A stretch of 63,946 bases of DNA, filler included, from Sandaracinaceae bacterium (GTDB taxonomy: Bacteria > Myxococcota_A > Polyangia > Polyangiales > JADJQN01): assembly GCA_947483975.1 (NCBI GenBank). It is 7 parts of 7 records of this genome, joined end to end, with 100 filler letters (N's around TTAATTAATTAA, not from the genome) between each part and the next. Parts side by side here need not be neighbours in the genome. Positions count along the whole stretch, not along the records: positions 48,947 to 58,580 come from CANKOL010000198.1; positions 58,681 to 63,946 come from CANKOL010000360.1; 5 more parts are not named here. One strand, written 5' to 3'. Under the pieces are notes generated by a model. That model did not search any database. It was given only the letters and a program-made list of their open reading frames with translations, and was not told the DNA's origin. Position 1 is the stretch's first letter. Each line of letters opens with the position of its first letter. This document shows positions 48,994 to 59,841 of the stretch, piece by piece. Made by a program: the position numbers and the translations under genes.

Positions 48994-50379
48994 TCAAGGG
49001 GCGCTCCGTGCGGTGAGCGCCGCGAGCAGCTCGGGCGCGGTGCGCGTGATGTCGCCGGCGCCGAGCGTGAGCACGATGTCGCCCGGGCGGACGCGGGCGA
49101 GGAGCGCCGCCGTCAGGTCAGTGCGCGCGGGGACGTGCGCGACGTCGCGATGCCCATGGCTGCGGATCGCCCGCACGAGGCTCGCGGAGTCCGCGCCCGC
49201 GATCGGCTGCTCGCCCGCCGCGTAGACGTCGCTGACGAGCAGCACATCCGCCCGATTGAACGCGCGCACGAGGTCGTCGAAGCAGGTCTGCGTGCGCGTG
49301 TAGCGATGCGGCTGAAACGCGACGACGATGCGCCGACCGTACGCGCGCACGGCCGCCTCCAGCGTCGCCTGCACCTCGGCGGGGTGATGCGCGTAGTCGT
49401 CCACGATGGTCACGCCCGCGTGCTCGCCGACGACCGTGAAGCGCCGCTGCACGCCGGCGAACGTCGCGAGCGCCTCGCGCACGACGTCGTGCGAGACGCC
49501 GAGCTCGTCGCACACGACGAGCACCGAGAGCGCGTTGAGGACGTTGTGCATACCCGGCATACGCACGGTGAATTCGCCGAGCTCTTCGCCGCGGCGCACG
49601 ACGTCGAAGCGCGTCGAGAGCCCCTCCATGCGCGGGTTCTTCGCGCGGTAGTCGGCCTGCGCCGCGAGCCCATAGGTCAGCGTGCGCTTCTCGATCTTCG
49701 GCAGGATGTCCTGCACGTGCGGGTGGTCGAGGCAGGCGACGACGAGCCCGTAGAACGGCACGCGGTTCGCGAAGTCGACGAACGCGCGCTTGACGTTCTC
49801 GTGCGTGCCGTAGTGATCGAGGTGCTCTGGATCGATGTTCGTGATGACCGCGATGGCGGGCGTCAGGTGGAGGAACGAGCCGTCCGACTCGTCCGCCTCG
49901 GCGACGAGCAGCGTGCCCTCGCCGCGCTTCGCGTTCGAGCCGAGCGCGTTGAGCTTGCCGCCGATGATCACCGTCGGATCGAGCCCAGCGTGGTGGAGCA
50001 CCGTCGCGACGAGCGAGGTCGTCGTCGTCTTGCCGTGCGAGCCCGCGATCGCGACGCCCTCCTTGAGGCGCATCAGCTCCGCGAGCATCTCGGCGCGCGG
50101 GATGACGGGCACCGCTCGCTCGCGCGCGCGGACCAGCTCTGGGTTGTCCTTGGCGACGGCGGACGAGAACACGACGACGTCCGCGTCCCCGAGGTTCTCG
50201 GCGCGATGCCCGACCTCTACGCGCGCGCCGAGCTCCACGAGCCGGCGCGTCGTGTCGCTCGCCTTCGCGTCAGAGCCGCTGACGCCGAAGCCCGTCGCGA
50301 GCAGCACCTCGGCGATGCCGCTCATGCCGATGCCGCCGATGCCGACGAAGTGAATGGAGCGGACGCGTCCTCTGAACAT
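48994..50379 (-). CDS. murC: UDP-N-acetylmuramate--L-alanine ligase
   Basis: [38 protein letters not shown]. Confidence 0.98.
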   Translation of the reverse strand: MFRGRVRSIHFVGIGGIGMSGIAEVLLATGFGVSGSDAKASDTTRRLVELGARVEVGHRAENLGDADVVVFSSAVAKDNPELVRARERAVPVIPRAEMLAELMRLKEGVAIAGSHGKTTTTSLVATVLHHAGLDPTVIIGGKLNALGSNAKRGEGTLLVAEADESDGSFLHLTPAIAVITNIDPEHLDHYGTHENVKRAFVDFANRVPFYGLVVACLDHPHVQDILPKIEKRTLTYGLAAQADYRAKNPRMEGLSTRFDVVRRGEELGEFTVRMPGMHNVLNALSVLVVCDELGVSHDVVREALATFAGVQRRFTVVGEHAGVTIVDDYAHHPAEVQATLEAAVRAYGRRIVVAFQPHRYTRTQTCFDDLVRAFNRADVLLVSDVYAAGEQPIAGADSASLVRAIRSHGHRDVAHVPARTDLTAALLARVRPGDIVLTLGAGDITRTAPELLAALTARSAP

Positions 50380-50490
50380 GCGCAGACCTCGGCCGTAGGT
50401 AGCATCGAGGGCGCTTCAACGCGCAAAAATCGGCGGGCGGCGTGCCCCCGGGCTGCGCTCGAGCGGGCTGCGCTCGGGCGAGCGCCGCGC

Positions 50491-51849
50491 TCACTCCCAG
50501 GTGCCGGTCGCGCCGAGCGGAACGACGGCCGGCAGCCGCGAACGAACGCTGCGCTTTCTGCGGCGGGCGGCGTGCTGGTCGAGCGCCGGAGGGATCGTCG
50601 CGGTCTGCACGGTGCGCGTCGCAGAGTCGGCGTCGCGCGCCTCTTCGCGGGCGTCGGCGTCCTCAGCGGTCGAGTCGGCCGACTCTTCGTCGTGCGACGC
50701 GGACGGCTCCGCGTCGCCGCCGGCGCCGTCGTCGTTGCCCGCGATCTGGGCGCCGCCGAGCCACGCCGTCAGGTCGTCGACGATCGCAGCGGCGGCGTCC
50801 GGGTGACCGCGGCCACGCGCGGCGGCTGCCATCGCCATGCGACGCGCGTCGTCGTGGAGCAGCGCGCGGACCTCGGTGGCGAGGCGCTCCGGCGTGAGCT
50901 CCGACTGGGGCAGCAGGATCGCTGCGCCGTCCTTGGCGAGCGAGGCGGCGTTCTTCGTCTGGTGATCGTCGGCGGCGTGCGGGAACGGTACGAGCACCGA
51001 GGCTCGCCCGACCGCGCAGATCTCGGCCAGCGTGGTCGCTCCTGCGCGCGCGACGACGAGCGCGGCCGACGCATACGCCCGCGCCATGTCGTCGAGGAAC
51101 GGCACGACGGTCGCCTCGACGCCGAGCGCCGCATAGCGCGCCTTGACGGCGTCGACGCTCGCCGCGCTCGCCTGATGCACGATCTGCAGCCCGAGCCCCG
51201 TCACGCCCGCCTGCGCGAGCGCCGCGGGCACGCTCTCATCGAGCGCCTTCGCGCCCTGCGAGCCACCGAGCACGAGCACGCGCCGCGCGCGCGCCTCGAA
51301 GCCCTCTGGGTCGGTGAGCGCGAGCCGCGCGGTCTCGACGAAGGCGCGCCGGACCGGGTTGCCGAGCGTGCGCGCGCGCTTCTCGCCGAAGAGCGCCTCG
51401 GTCTCGTCGAAGCTGAGATAGGCGCGCCCGACGAAGCGCGCGAGCAAGCGATTCGTGAGGCCGACGTAGGCGTTCTGTTCGAGCACCGCAGTCGGTACTC
51501 CGAGCAGGACGGCGGCAGCGAGCACGGGCCCCGACGCATAGCCGCCGACGCCGAGCACGACGTCGGGCTTCAGCCGTCGCACGAGCGACATCGCGCCGAG
51601 CGCGGCGGCAGGCAAACGCCCGACGCTCTTGACGAGCTCGACCGGCGAGCGCCCCTTCAGCGGCGTGACCTCGAGCGCCTCGAAGCGCAGCCCCTTCTGC
51701 GGCACGACGCGCGCTTCGATCCCGCGCATGGTGCCGACCCACGTGACCTCGAGCCCCGGCGCGCGGCGCGCGAGCTCCTCGATGACGGCGAGCCCCGGAA
51801 ACAGGTGCCCGCCCGTGCCTCCCCCGGCCACGACGATGCGCTGGATCAT
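50491..51849 (-). CDS. murG: Lipid II GlcNAc transferase MurG
   Basis: GGGTGGH, GGYAS, EQN, GNPVR, GGSQGA, HQTKNA. Confidence 0.97.
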   Translation of the reverse strand: MIQRIVVAGGGTGGHLFPGLAVIEELARRAPGLEVTWVGTMRGIEARVVPQKGLRFEALEVTPLKGRSPVELVKSVGRLPAAALGAMSLVRRLKPDVVLGVGGYASGPVLAAAVLLGVPTAVLEQNAYVGLTNRLLARFVGRAYLSFDETEALFGEKRARTLGNPVRRAFVETARLALTDPEGFEARARRVLVLGGSQGAKALDESVPAALAQAGVTGLGLQIVHQASAASVDAVKARYAALGVEATVVPFLDDMARAYASAALVVARAGATTLAEICAVGRASVLVPFPHAADDHQTKNAASLAKDGAAILLPQSELTPERLATEVRALLHDDARRMAMAAAARGRGHPDAAAAIVDDLTAWLGGAQIAGNDDGAGGDAEPSASHDEESADSTAEDADAREEARDADSATRTVQTATIPPALDQHAARRRKRSVRSRLPAVVPLGATGTWE

Positions 51850-53132
51850 GATGTCCCCCCCACGGCAGCCGACGGTCGTCGCGAGCCTGTGCGCGGCGCT
51901 ACGTCACGTTTCTCGTCGCCATCCGTCGCCTGAGTGGTCACAGCCACGCTCGGTCGAGCGCGACTCACGTTGAGCAAGACGCCTATCGCGGCGCAGTTCA
52001 CGAGCAGCGAAGAGCCGCCGAAGCTGAGGAAGGGGAGCGCGAGGCCCTTGGTCGGCAAGAGGCCCATCGTCACGGCGAGGTTCGTGAACGCCTGAATCCC
52101 GATGAAGAGCGTGATGCCGACGGCGAGATAAGTGCCGTAGTCGTCGGCGGCGCGGAACGCCGCGCGCAGCCCGCGCACGATGATGATCGAGAACGCGATC
52201 ATCAGCGCGAGGATGCCGATGAAGCCGAGTTCCTCGCCGACGATGGCGCTGATGAAATCGGTGTGCGCCTCGGGCAAGAAGAAGAGCTTCTGACGGCTGT
52301 CGCCGATGCCGACGCCCCAGAGTCCGCCGGAGCCGAAGCTCATCAGCGACTCCGAGATCTGGTAGCCGACGTCGAAGCGGTGCGCGAACGGGTCGAGGTA
52401 CGCCTGCATACGCCGCATGCGGTACTCGGAGCGCGTCACGAGCACGTACGCGATCGGCGCGAACAGCAGCGCTGCGCCGAGGATGTAGCCAGTGCGCGCG
52501 CCCGCGGTGAAGAGGAGCACGAACGTCAGCAGCGCGATCATGACGGCGCTGCCGAAGTCGGGCTGTCGCAGACAGAGGAGCATCACGAAGCCGGCGACGA
52601 GCGCGTGCGGCAGAAAGCCAACCGAGAACGAGCGGATTCGGTCCGCCTTCTTCGAGAGGCTGTAGGCGAGCCAGAAGATCATCGCGACCTTCGCGATCTC
52701 GGCAGGCTGCACGTGAATCGGACCGACCGAGATCCACCGCGCCGCGCCGCCCGCCGAGTGACCAAAGCCCACCGCGATGTAGAGCAGCAAGAGCACGGAG
52801 CCGCCGAGCATCGGATACGCGAGCGGCCGAAGCAGGTGGTAGTCGAGGCGCGCGAGCGAGACGACGAGCAGCAGTCCGACCACCGCGTACATCGTCTGGC
52901 GCACGAGAAAGTGCTGCCCGTCGTGGAAGGTCTGCGCGGCGAAGACGGCGCTCGCGCTGTAGACCATGACGACGCCGAACGCGACGAGCGCGAGCACGGT
53001 GGCCATCAGCAGCGGGTCCGCGGGGCCGAGCACGGGCGCGCGCGGACCGACGGGCGCAGCGCTCGCCTCCGCAGGCGGTCGGCGCAGGACGCGGTCACGC
53101 ATGGCCCGCAGACCGTCGAACAAGCGGCTCAT
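51846..53132 (-). CDS. ftsW: Cell division SEDS protein FtsW
   Basis: MVYSAS, QPAEIAK, QPDFG, LPEAHTDFI, PTKGLALPFLSFGGSS. Confidence 0.97.
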   Translation of the reverse strand: MSRLFDGLRAMRDRVLRRPPAEASAAPVGPRAPVLGPADPLLMATVLALVAFGVVMVYSASAVFAAQTFHDGQHFLVRQTMYAVVGLLLVVSLARLDYHLLRPLAYPMLGGSVLLLLYIAVGFGHSAGGAARWISVGPIHVQPAEIAKVAMIFWLAYSLSKKADRIRSFSVGFLPHALVAGFVMLLCLRQPDFGSAVMIALLTFVLLFTAGARTGYILGAALLFAPIAYVLVTRSEYRMRRMQAYLDPFAHRFDVGYQISESLMSFGSGGLWGVGIGDSRQKLFFLPEAHTDFISAIVGEELGFIGILALMIAFSIIIVRGLRAAFRAADDYGTYLAVGITLFIGIQAFTNLAVTMGLLPTKGLALPFLSFGGSSLLVNCAAIGVLLNVSRARPSVAVTTQATDGDEKRDVAPRTGSRRPSAAVGGTS

Positions 53133-54541
53133 CGCGGTGCCTCCCCAGCTCCGGCCGGCGCTGACTCCGCGGGCGTGAGGGCTCGCGCGGCGCGGGCGAA
53201 CTCGTCACCGCGGTGCTCGTAGTTGCGGAACATGTCGAGGCTCGAGCACGCCGGCGCGAGGAGCACGGCGTCGCCCGGTTGAGCGAGCGCCGCGGCCCGC
53301 ACGACCGCCTGCTCGAGCGAGTCGGCGCGCTCGACCGGGAGCGCCGTCCCCGCGAGCGCGCGCTCGATCAGCGGGGCCGCCGTGCCGATCAGCACCGCCG
53401 CGCGGCCGAAGCTCGAGAGGCGCTCGACCATCGGCGCGTAGCTGCCGCCTTTGTCGAGGCCGCCCGCGATCAGCACGATCCGCGGGTGCGCGTCGCGCAG
53501 GCCGTCGAGGGCAGCGACGGTCGCGCCGACGTTCGTCGCCTTGGAGTCGTCGTAGAAGGTGACGCCGTCGCGCTCGCGCACCCACACCATGCGGTGCGCG
53601 AGGCCCGCGAAGCTGCGCAGCACGTGCGCGATGTCGGCGGCGGAGACGCCCGCGAGGCGCGCCGCGAGCGCCGCCGCGCAGGCGTTCGACGCGTTGTGCG
53701 CGCCGCGAATTCTCAGCTCGACGAGCGGCACACGGAGCCCGCTGACGACATCGACGAGCGCGCCGTCGACGACGCGCACCTCGCCGTCGGCGCCGCCGAA
53801 CGTGTGCACGGTGCTCGCGGCCGCGCGCGCGAGCGCACCGACGACGGCATCGCCCGCGGGCACGATCGCGTGGTCGCCCGCGCGCTGCCCGTGAAAGACG
53901 CGCGCCTTGGCTGCCGCGTACGCCGCGAGCGAGCCGTGGCGATCGAGGTGATCGTCGGTGATGTTCAGCAGCACCGCGACGTGCGCCCGGAAGCGCTCGA
54001 CGCGCTCGAGCTGATAGCTCGAGAGCTCGACGACGACGGCCCCGCCCGCGCGCGCCGCGTCGCTGCCGACGACGTCGACGAGCGGCGTGCCGAGGTTGCC
54101 GCCGACGAACGTGGGGCGACCGCTGCGGGCGAGCATCTCGCCGACGAGCGTCGTCACCGTGCTCTTGCCGTTGGTGCCGGTGATCCCGACGACGACGTCG
54201 GACGCGACGAACCAAGAGGCGAGCTCGATCTCGCCTGCGATGGGGATGCCCGCCGCCATCGCGGCCTCGAGCGCGGGGAGCGCCGGAACGCCGGGCGAGA
54301 CGACGATGCGGTCGACGCTCGTGAACAGCGCCGCGTCGTGCTGCCCGAGCGCGAGCTCGCAGCCCGCGTCGCGGAGCGCGCGCACGGTCTCGGCGCCGAG
54401 CGTCGCCTCGTCGTGGAGGTCGTTGGCGACGACGTGCGCGCCCTGCGCGGCGCAGAGGCGCGCCGCGGCGACGCCGCTCTTGGCGAGGCCGACGACGAGC
54501 ACGCGCTTTCCGTGAAGGTCCGGGGCAGTCATGCGCGTCAC
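53129..54541 (-). CDS. murD: UDP-MurNAc-L-Ala--D-glutamate ligase
   Basis: GLAKSG, SPG, GTNGKST, ELSSYQL, DDSKATN, RGDEF. Confidence 0.97.
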   Translation of the reverse strand: MTRMTAPDLHGKRVLVVGLAKSGVAAARLCAAQGAHVVANDLHDEATLGAETVRALRDAGCELALGQHDAALFTSVDRIVVSPGVPALPALEAAMAAGIPIAGEIELASWFVASDVVVGITGTNGKSTVTTLVGEMLARSGRPTFVGGNLGTPLVDVVGSDAARAGGAVVVELSSYQLERVERFRAHVAVLLNITDDHLDRHGSLAAYAAAKARVFHGQRAGDHAIVPAGDAVVGALARAAASTVHTFGGADGEVRVVDGALVDVVSGLRVPLVELRIRGAHNASNACAAALAARLAGVSAADIAHVLRSFAGLAHRMVWVRERDGVTFYDDSKATNVGATVAALDGLRDAHPRIVLIAGGLDKGGSYAPMVERLSSFGRAAVLIGTAAPLIERALAGTALPVERADSLEQAVVRAAALAQPGDAVLLAPACSSLDMFRNYEHRGDEFARAARALTPAESAPAGAGEAPR

Positions 54542-55659
54542 CGCAACTTCAGCGTCGCGAGGGTCGCGAGCGCGAGCATGATGGAGATGATCCAGAAGCG
54601 GACGATGACCTTCGGCTCAGGCCAGCCCTTCTTCTCGAAGTGATGGTGGATCGGCGCCATCAGGAAGATGCGCTTCTTGAAGAGCTTGAAGCTCGCGACC
54701 TGCCCGATGACGCTGACGGCCTCGACGAAGAAGATGCCGCCGAGGAGGATCGAGAGGACCTCGTTCTTCGTCACGACGGCGAGCGAGCCGAGCCCGCCGC
54801 CGAGCGCGAGAGAGCCGACGTCGCCCATGAAGACTTGGGCCGGATAGGTGTTGAACCAGAGGAAGCCGAAGCCCGCGCCGATCATCGCGCCGCAGTAGAT
54901 CGCGAGCTCACCCGACTGCGGGAACGACGGGATGCGCAGGTAGTGCGCCATGTCGTAGCCAAAGAACGTCACGCCCGCGAGGTACGCGAGGATCATGTAC
55001 GTGCCCGCGTTGACCATCACCGGCCCGATGGCGAGGCCGTCGAGTCCGTCGGTGAGGTTGACCGCGTTGGAGGTGCCGGCGATCACGAACGACGCGAAGG
55101 CGACGTACGCCCAAGGCGGCAGCGTGATCACGAGCCGGTCGAAGGCGACGAAGGGCAGCGCGACCCGCCCGCGCTGCACGAGCCACTCGTGCGGGAGGCC
55201 AGCGTTGCCGTACCAGAGGTAGCTGCAGACGCTGATCGCGATCGCGAACTGAAGCAGGAGCTTCCAGCGACCCGAGAGCCCGCCGGAGGACTTCTTGCGG
55301 ATCTTGCGGGCGTCGTCGACCCAGCCGATCACGCCGTAAGACGCGGTGATCGCGGTGACGACCCAGACCATGATGTTCTGTGGGTCAGCCCACAGAACCG
55401 TGGAGATCACCAGCGCGAAGAGGATGAGCGCGCCGCCCATCGTCGGCGTGCCCGCCTTCGAGAAGTGCGACTCGGGGCCGTCCTTGCGGATCACCTGCCC
55501 GACCTGCTTGCTCTGCAGGCGGCGGATGAACCACGGGTAGAGCCCGAACGAGAGCAGCATCGCCGTCATCGTCGCGGCGAGCACGCGGAACGGCACGTAG
55601 CGCAGGACGTTGAGCGCGTTGATCTGCGAGCGCAGCGGGAAGAGGAAGTAGTAGATCAC
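54538..55659 (-). CDS. mraY: Phospho-MurNAc-pentapeptide transferase
   Basis: GTG at 55659; KAGTPTMGG, NLTDGLDGL, FMGDVGS, MAPIHHHFE. Confidence 0.97.
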   Translation of the reverse strand: MIYYFLFPLRSQINALNVLRYVPFRVLAATMTAMLLSFGLYPWFIRRLQSKQVGQVIRKDGPESHFSKAGTPTMGGALILFALVISTVLWADPQNIMVWVVTAITASYGVIGWVDDARKIRKKSSGGLSGRWKLLLQFAIAISVCSYLWYGNAGLPHEWLVQRGRVALPFVAFDRLVITLPPWAYVAFASFVIAGTSNAVNLTDGLDGLAIGPVMVNAGTYMILAYLAGVTFFGYDMAHYLRIPSFPQSGELAIYCGAMIGAGFGFLWFNTYPAQVFMGDVGSLALGGGLGSLAVVTKNEVLSILLGGIFFVEAVSVIGQVASFKLFKKRIFLMAPIHHHFEKKGWPEPKVIVRFWIISIMLALATLATLKLR

Positions 55660-57104
55660 TGCGCGCCTCCGCCAGCGGCGAGCGCGGCGACGATCCGCTC
55701 CATCGCCATCGAGCGCGAGCCCTTCACGAGCACGACATCGCCCGCCTCGAGCAGGCTCTTGACGACCGAGATGGCGTCGAGCGGCTCGGCCACGTGCATC
55801 ACCTGCGTCGGGAACGTCGCGAAGCGGCCCGACGCCTCCCACGCGGCGGCGGCGGTCGCCGCGACCATCTCGCGCCCGCAGCCGACGAGCACGGAGACGC
55901 CCGCCTTCACTGCGTGACGGCCGATCTGCTCGTGATAGCGGCGCGACTCGGGGCCGAGCTCCTTCATGTCGCCGAGGACCGCGATGGCGCGCGCGCCGCC
56001 GAGCCGCGCGAGCTCGACGACGGTGTCGAGCGCGGCGAGGACGCTGTGCGGGTTGGCGTTGTAGGTGTCGTCGATGACGAGCGTGCCGACGATGCCGGGC
56101 ACGGGCACGAGGCGTCCCGCGGCGGGTCGGGCGAGCGAGAGACCGCGCGCGGCGCCGTCGAGGGCTTCTGGGCCACAGAGCACGAGGACCGCGCAGAGCG
56201 CAGCGCCTGCGTCGAGCGCAGCGACCTCGCCGAGGAGGGGCAGCGTGACCTCGAGCGTGCGCTCGCCGATGCGATAGGTCGCGCGGCTGCCGCTCGTGTG
56301 ATCGAGCGCGCGCGCGATGAGCTGCACGGAGGCGCCGTTCGCCTTGCCGAAGGTGAGCGAGGCAGCGCCGGGCGCGGTCGGCACCCGCGCGGCGATGGGC
56401 GGGTCGTCCGCGTTGCCGATGGCGCGCCCCGACGGCCCGAGCCCGCGCCACACGGCGGTCTCCTCGTCGGCGACCGCCTCGAGCGTGCCGAGCCCGTCGA
56501 GGTGCTCTGCGGACGCGAGGGTGACGATGGCGACGTCCGGCGTCGCGATGGCGGCGAGGCGCGCGACCTCGCCGGGCGCGCTCGTGCCGAGCTCGATCAC
56601 GGCGACCTCGTGCTCGTCGGTGAGCTCGAGGAGCGTCATCGGCGCGCCGACGAGGTTGTTGAGGTTGCCGGCGGTCTTGTGGACGCGCAGCCCCGCGCCA
56701 GAGAGCGCGGCGGCCGTCAGCTCCTTCGTCGTCGTCTTGCCCGCCGAGCCACAGACGCCGACGATCCGGCGCCCCCAGCGAACGCGGTGGAGCGCGGCGA
56801 TCGCGCCGAGCGCTACGGTCGTGTCGTCGACCTCGAGCACGGCGACGTCGAGCGGGACCTCGCGCCCGCGCTCGACGAGCAAGGCGGCGGCGCCCTGTGC
56901 GACTGCGGCGGCGAGGTACGCGTGACCGTCGAGGCGCTCACCACGGAGCGCGACGAAGAGCGTCCCGGGCTGCACGGCGCGCGAGTCGATGACGACGCCG
57001 CGCACCGACGCGTCGGCCGCGGCCGCGCGGAGCGCTCCGCCGGTCGCGCGCGCGAGCTCGTCGAGCGTGAACTGAGCTGAATTGGTCGGGATCGGCGTCG
57101 CCAT
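55656..57104 (-). CDS. murF: UDP-MurNAc-tripeptide--D-Ala-D-Ala ligase
   Basis: IDSR, GSAGKTTTKE, NLNN, DDTYNANP, GDMKELG, KGSR. Confidence 0.97.
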   Translation of the reverse strand: MATPIPTNSAQFTLDELARATGGALRAAAADASVRGVVIDSRAVQPGTLFVALRGERLDGHAYLAAAVAQGAAALLVERGREVPLDVAVLEVDDTTVALGAIAALHRVRWGRRIVGVCGSAGKTTTKELTAAALSGAGLRVHKTAGNLNNLVGAPMTLLELTDEHEVAVIELGTSAPGEVARLAAIATPDVAIVTLASAEHLDGLGTLEAVADEETAVWRGLGPSGRAIGNADDPPIAARVPTAPGAASLTFGKANGASVQLIARALDHTSGSRATYRIGERTLEVTLPLLGEVAALDAGAALCAVLVLCGPEALDGAARGLSLARPAAGRLVPVPGIVGTLVIDDTYNANPHSVLAALDTVVELARLGGARAIAVLGDMKELGPESRRYHEQIGRHAVKAGVSVLVGCGREMVAATAAAAWEASGRFATFPTQVMHVAEPLDAISVVKSLLEAGDVVLVKGSRSMAMERIVAALAAGGGAQ

Positions 57105-58580
57105 CAGGCGTCCCTCTCGCACGCCGCGCTCGACGCCGCGGCGATGGCCTCGCGCGCGATGAGCCGGTCGTCGAACGGATGCTTCGTCGTGCCGAGGATC
57201 TGGTAGTCCTCATGCCCCTTGCCCGCGATGAGCACGGTGTCCCCCGCGTGCGCGGCTGCGATGGCGGCGCGGATCGCCTGCCGCCGATCGACGAGCAGCG
57301 CATAGCCGCGCGCGCAGTCCGCGAGCGCGGCGACGTCGACGAGCGGCTGCCCGCTGCGGACGACGCCCGGCGCGATCTCGGCGAGGATCGCCGCGGGCTC
57401 TTCGGTGCGCGGGTTGTCGCTCGTGACGAGCGCGACGTCCGCGCCGCGTCCCGCCGCCTCGCCCATCAGCGGACGCTTGCCGCGATCACGGTCCCCGCCG
57501 CAGCCGAACACGCAGAGGAGCCGCCCCGGCGTCACCGGACGCAGCGCCGCGAGCACGCGCTCGAGCGCGTCCGGCGTGTGCGCGTAGTCGACGAGCACGG
57601 CGACGCCGCGCGGATCTTCCACGCGCTCGAGACGCCCCGGCGCGCCAGGCGCCACGGACAACGCCGCGGCGAGCGCGTGCAGCTCGAGCCCGAGCGCGAG
57701 CCCGCACGCGAGCGCGACGAGCAGGTTCTCGACGTTGTGCGCGCCGAGGAGCGGGCTGCGCAGCGTGACCTCGCCGCGCGGCGTCGCGACCTCCGCGACG
57801 AGCCCCGACGCGTCCATGCTCCAGCGGAGCGCGCGCACCTCGGCGTCCGTCTCCGCGCGGCGCGAGCAACGCCAGAGGTTGCGCCCGTGCAGCTTCGAGG
57901 CGAGCGCGGCGCCGTGCGGATCGTCGACGTTGACGACCGACGCGCCCGGCCCGAGCTCGAGGAAGAGTCGGTCCTTCGCGTCGGCGTACGACGCCATCGT
58001 CTCGTGGAAGTCGAGGTGATCCTGCGTGAGGTTCGTGAAGGCCGCGACGCGGAAGCGCACTGCGTCGACGCGGTGCTGCGCGAGCGCGTGGCTCGACACC
58101 TCCATGACGAGGTGCGTCGCGCCGAGGTCGAGCACCTCGCGAGCGAAGCGCGCGATCTCGTCGCCCTCGGGCGTCGTGTGCTGCGTCGAGCGCGAGAACC
58201 CCGGGCCGCGCATCTCCACGGTGCCGAGGACCGCGGGCTTGGCGCTCGGCGACGCCGCGAGCGCCTGCTCGACGAGGTACGCCGTCGTGGTCTTGCCGTT
58301 CGTCCCCGTGATGCCGACGACGTCGAGCGCGAAGGTCGGATGCCGATAGACGACCGACGCCGCGAGGCCGAGCGCGCGGCGCGCATCGGCGACGACGAGC
58401 TGCGGCACGGGCACGTCGGCGAGCGCCTCCTGCGTGAGCACGGCGACCGCGCCGCGGGCGAGCGCGTCGCGCACGAAGCGCGCGCCGTCCGACGCGCGCC
58501 CTGGGATGGCGACGAAGAGGTCCCCCGGGCACACCTCGCGCGAGTCGTGGTGCACGCCGCTGAGCGCGGTGCGCGGCTCC
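57104..58580 (-). CDS. murE: UDP-MurNAc-dipeptide--meso-DAP ligase, 5'-truncated
   Basis: DSR, GTNGKTT, MEVSSH, DYAHTPD, DNPR (DAP-type), AGKGHE. Confidence 0.96.
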
Positions 58581-58680
58581 NNNNNNNNNNNNNNNNNNNN
58601 NNNNNNNNNNNNNNNNNNNNNNNNTTAATTAATTAANNNNNNNNNNNNNNNNNNNNNNNNNNNNNNNNNNNNNNNNNNNN
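58581..58680. other. Artificial contig linker
   Basis: 44 N + TTAATTAATTAA + 44 N. Confidence 0.99.
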
Positions 58681-59772
58681 CCCGATGAACGGCGCCTCCG
58701 GCGGGACGACGAACTGCGGCGTCCGCGGCGGGGTCAGCGCGCCCGGCGCGAGGCCGAGCCCTTCGCCCGGCGGGTTGAAGAGCGGCAGCGGCGGCCGCGT
58801 CGACTCCGGCGCCGGGCCGTCCTCCGAGAAGACCGTCTCGTAATACGCGCGCACGCGCGACGACGCGAACGGCAGCAGCGCCCGTCCGAGCGCGTCGAGC
58901 GGCACGAAGCGCCGCTCCGGCTCGCGGGCCATCGCGCGGATCATCACCTCGGCAAGCTCCGGGCTCAGCTCCGGGCGCACCGCGCAGGGGTGCTCGTAGA
59001 CGCCGCTGACGATCGCGTTCATCTGGTCGAGCAGCCCGGCGTGATGGAACGGCAGTTGCCCCGTCGCGCACTCGTAGAGCACGACGCCGAGCGCGTACTC
59101 GTCCGAGCGCCAGTCGACGTTCGCGCCGCCGCGCGCGGCCTCCGGCGACATATAGAGCGGCGTGCCGAGCATCGCGCCGCCCGACGTCAGCGCCAGCGAC
59201 TGCGGCGTGCCCTCGACCTTGCTGATGCCGAAGTCGAGCAGCTTCGGGCGCAGCTCGCCCTTGCCGTCGCGCGCGAGGAAGATGTTCTCCGGCTTGAGAT
59301 CGCGGTGCACGACGCCCGCCGCGTGCGCCGCGCCGAGCCCGTCGATCAGCGGCAGCATCAGGTTCGCGATGCGGCGCTCGTCGAGGTGGCGCTCGCGCGT
59401 CAGCAGCGTGTAGAGGGTCTCGCCCTCGAGGAACTCCATCACGAGGAACGTCAGCCCGTCGTGCACGCCGACGTCGCTGATGTCGACGACGTTGGGGTGA
59501 CGGATCCGCGCGAGCGTCTCGCCCTCGCGCAGAAACCGCGCGCGGAAGTCGAAGTGCGAGGTCAGCTGCGGGTGCAGCGTCTTGACGGCGACGCGCTTGC
59601 GCAGGAGCGTGTGCGTCGCCTCGTAGACGCTCCCCATGCCGCCCGTGCCGACGCAGCGCACGATCTCGTACTTGCCGAACACGGTGCCCGGCGCGAGCGA
59701 CGCGAGCTCTTCGGCCCCCCCACCCGGCGCAGGGCGCGTGGTGTGACCGCCCTCCGTGGGTCCGGCGTTCAT
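58681..59772 (-). CDS. Hanks-type Ser/Thr protein kinase, 3'-truncated
   Basis: GTGGMG, AVK, HRDLKPEN, DFG, GTPLYMSPE. Confidence 0.93.
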
Positions 59773-59841
59773 CCTGAAATCTCCCCAGGGACTGTATGTT
59801 CCGGCACCTTGTCTGCCGTCAAGCCATTCTCTCTCGGGTCT

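Noticed and set aside
48947..48997. Possible start of the next dcw gene (TTG overlapping the murC stop)
   Set aside because: Only 17 codons before the gap; it cannot be identified.
9771..58680. Six identical TTAATTAATTAA motifs at about 9.7-kb spacing
   Set aside because: Artificial six-frame-stop linkers within N runs; the spacing reflects length-sorted contigs. Cross-linker gene adjacency was not interpreted.
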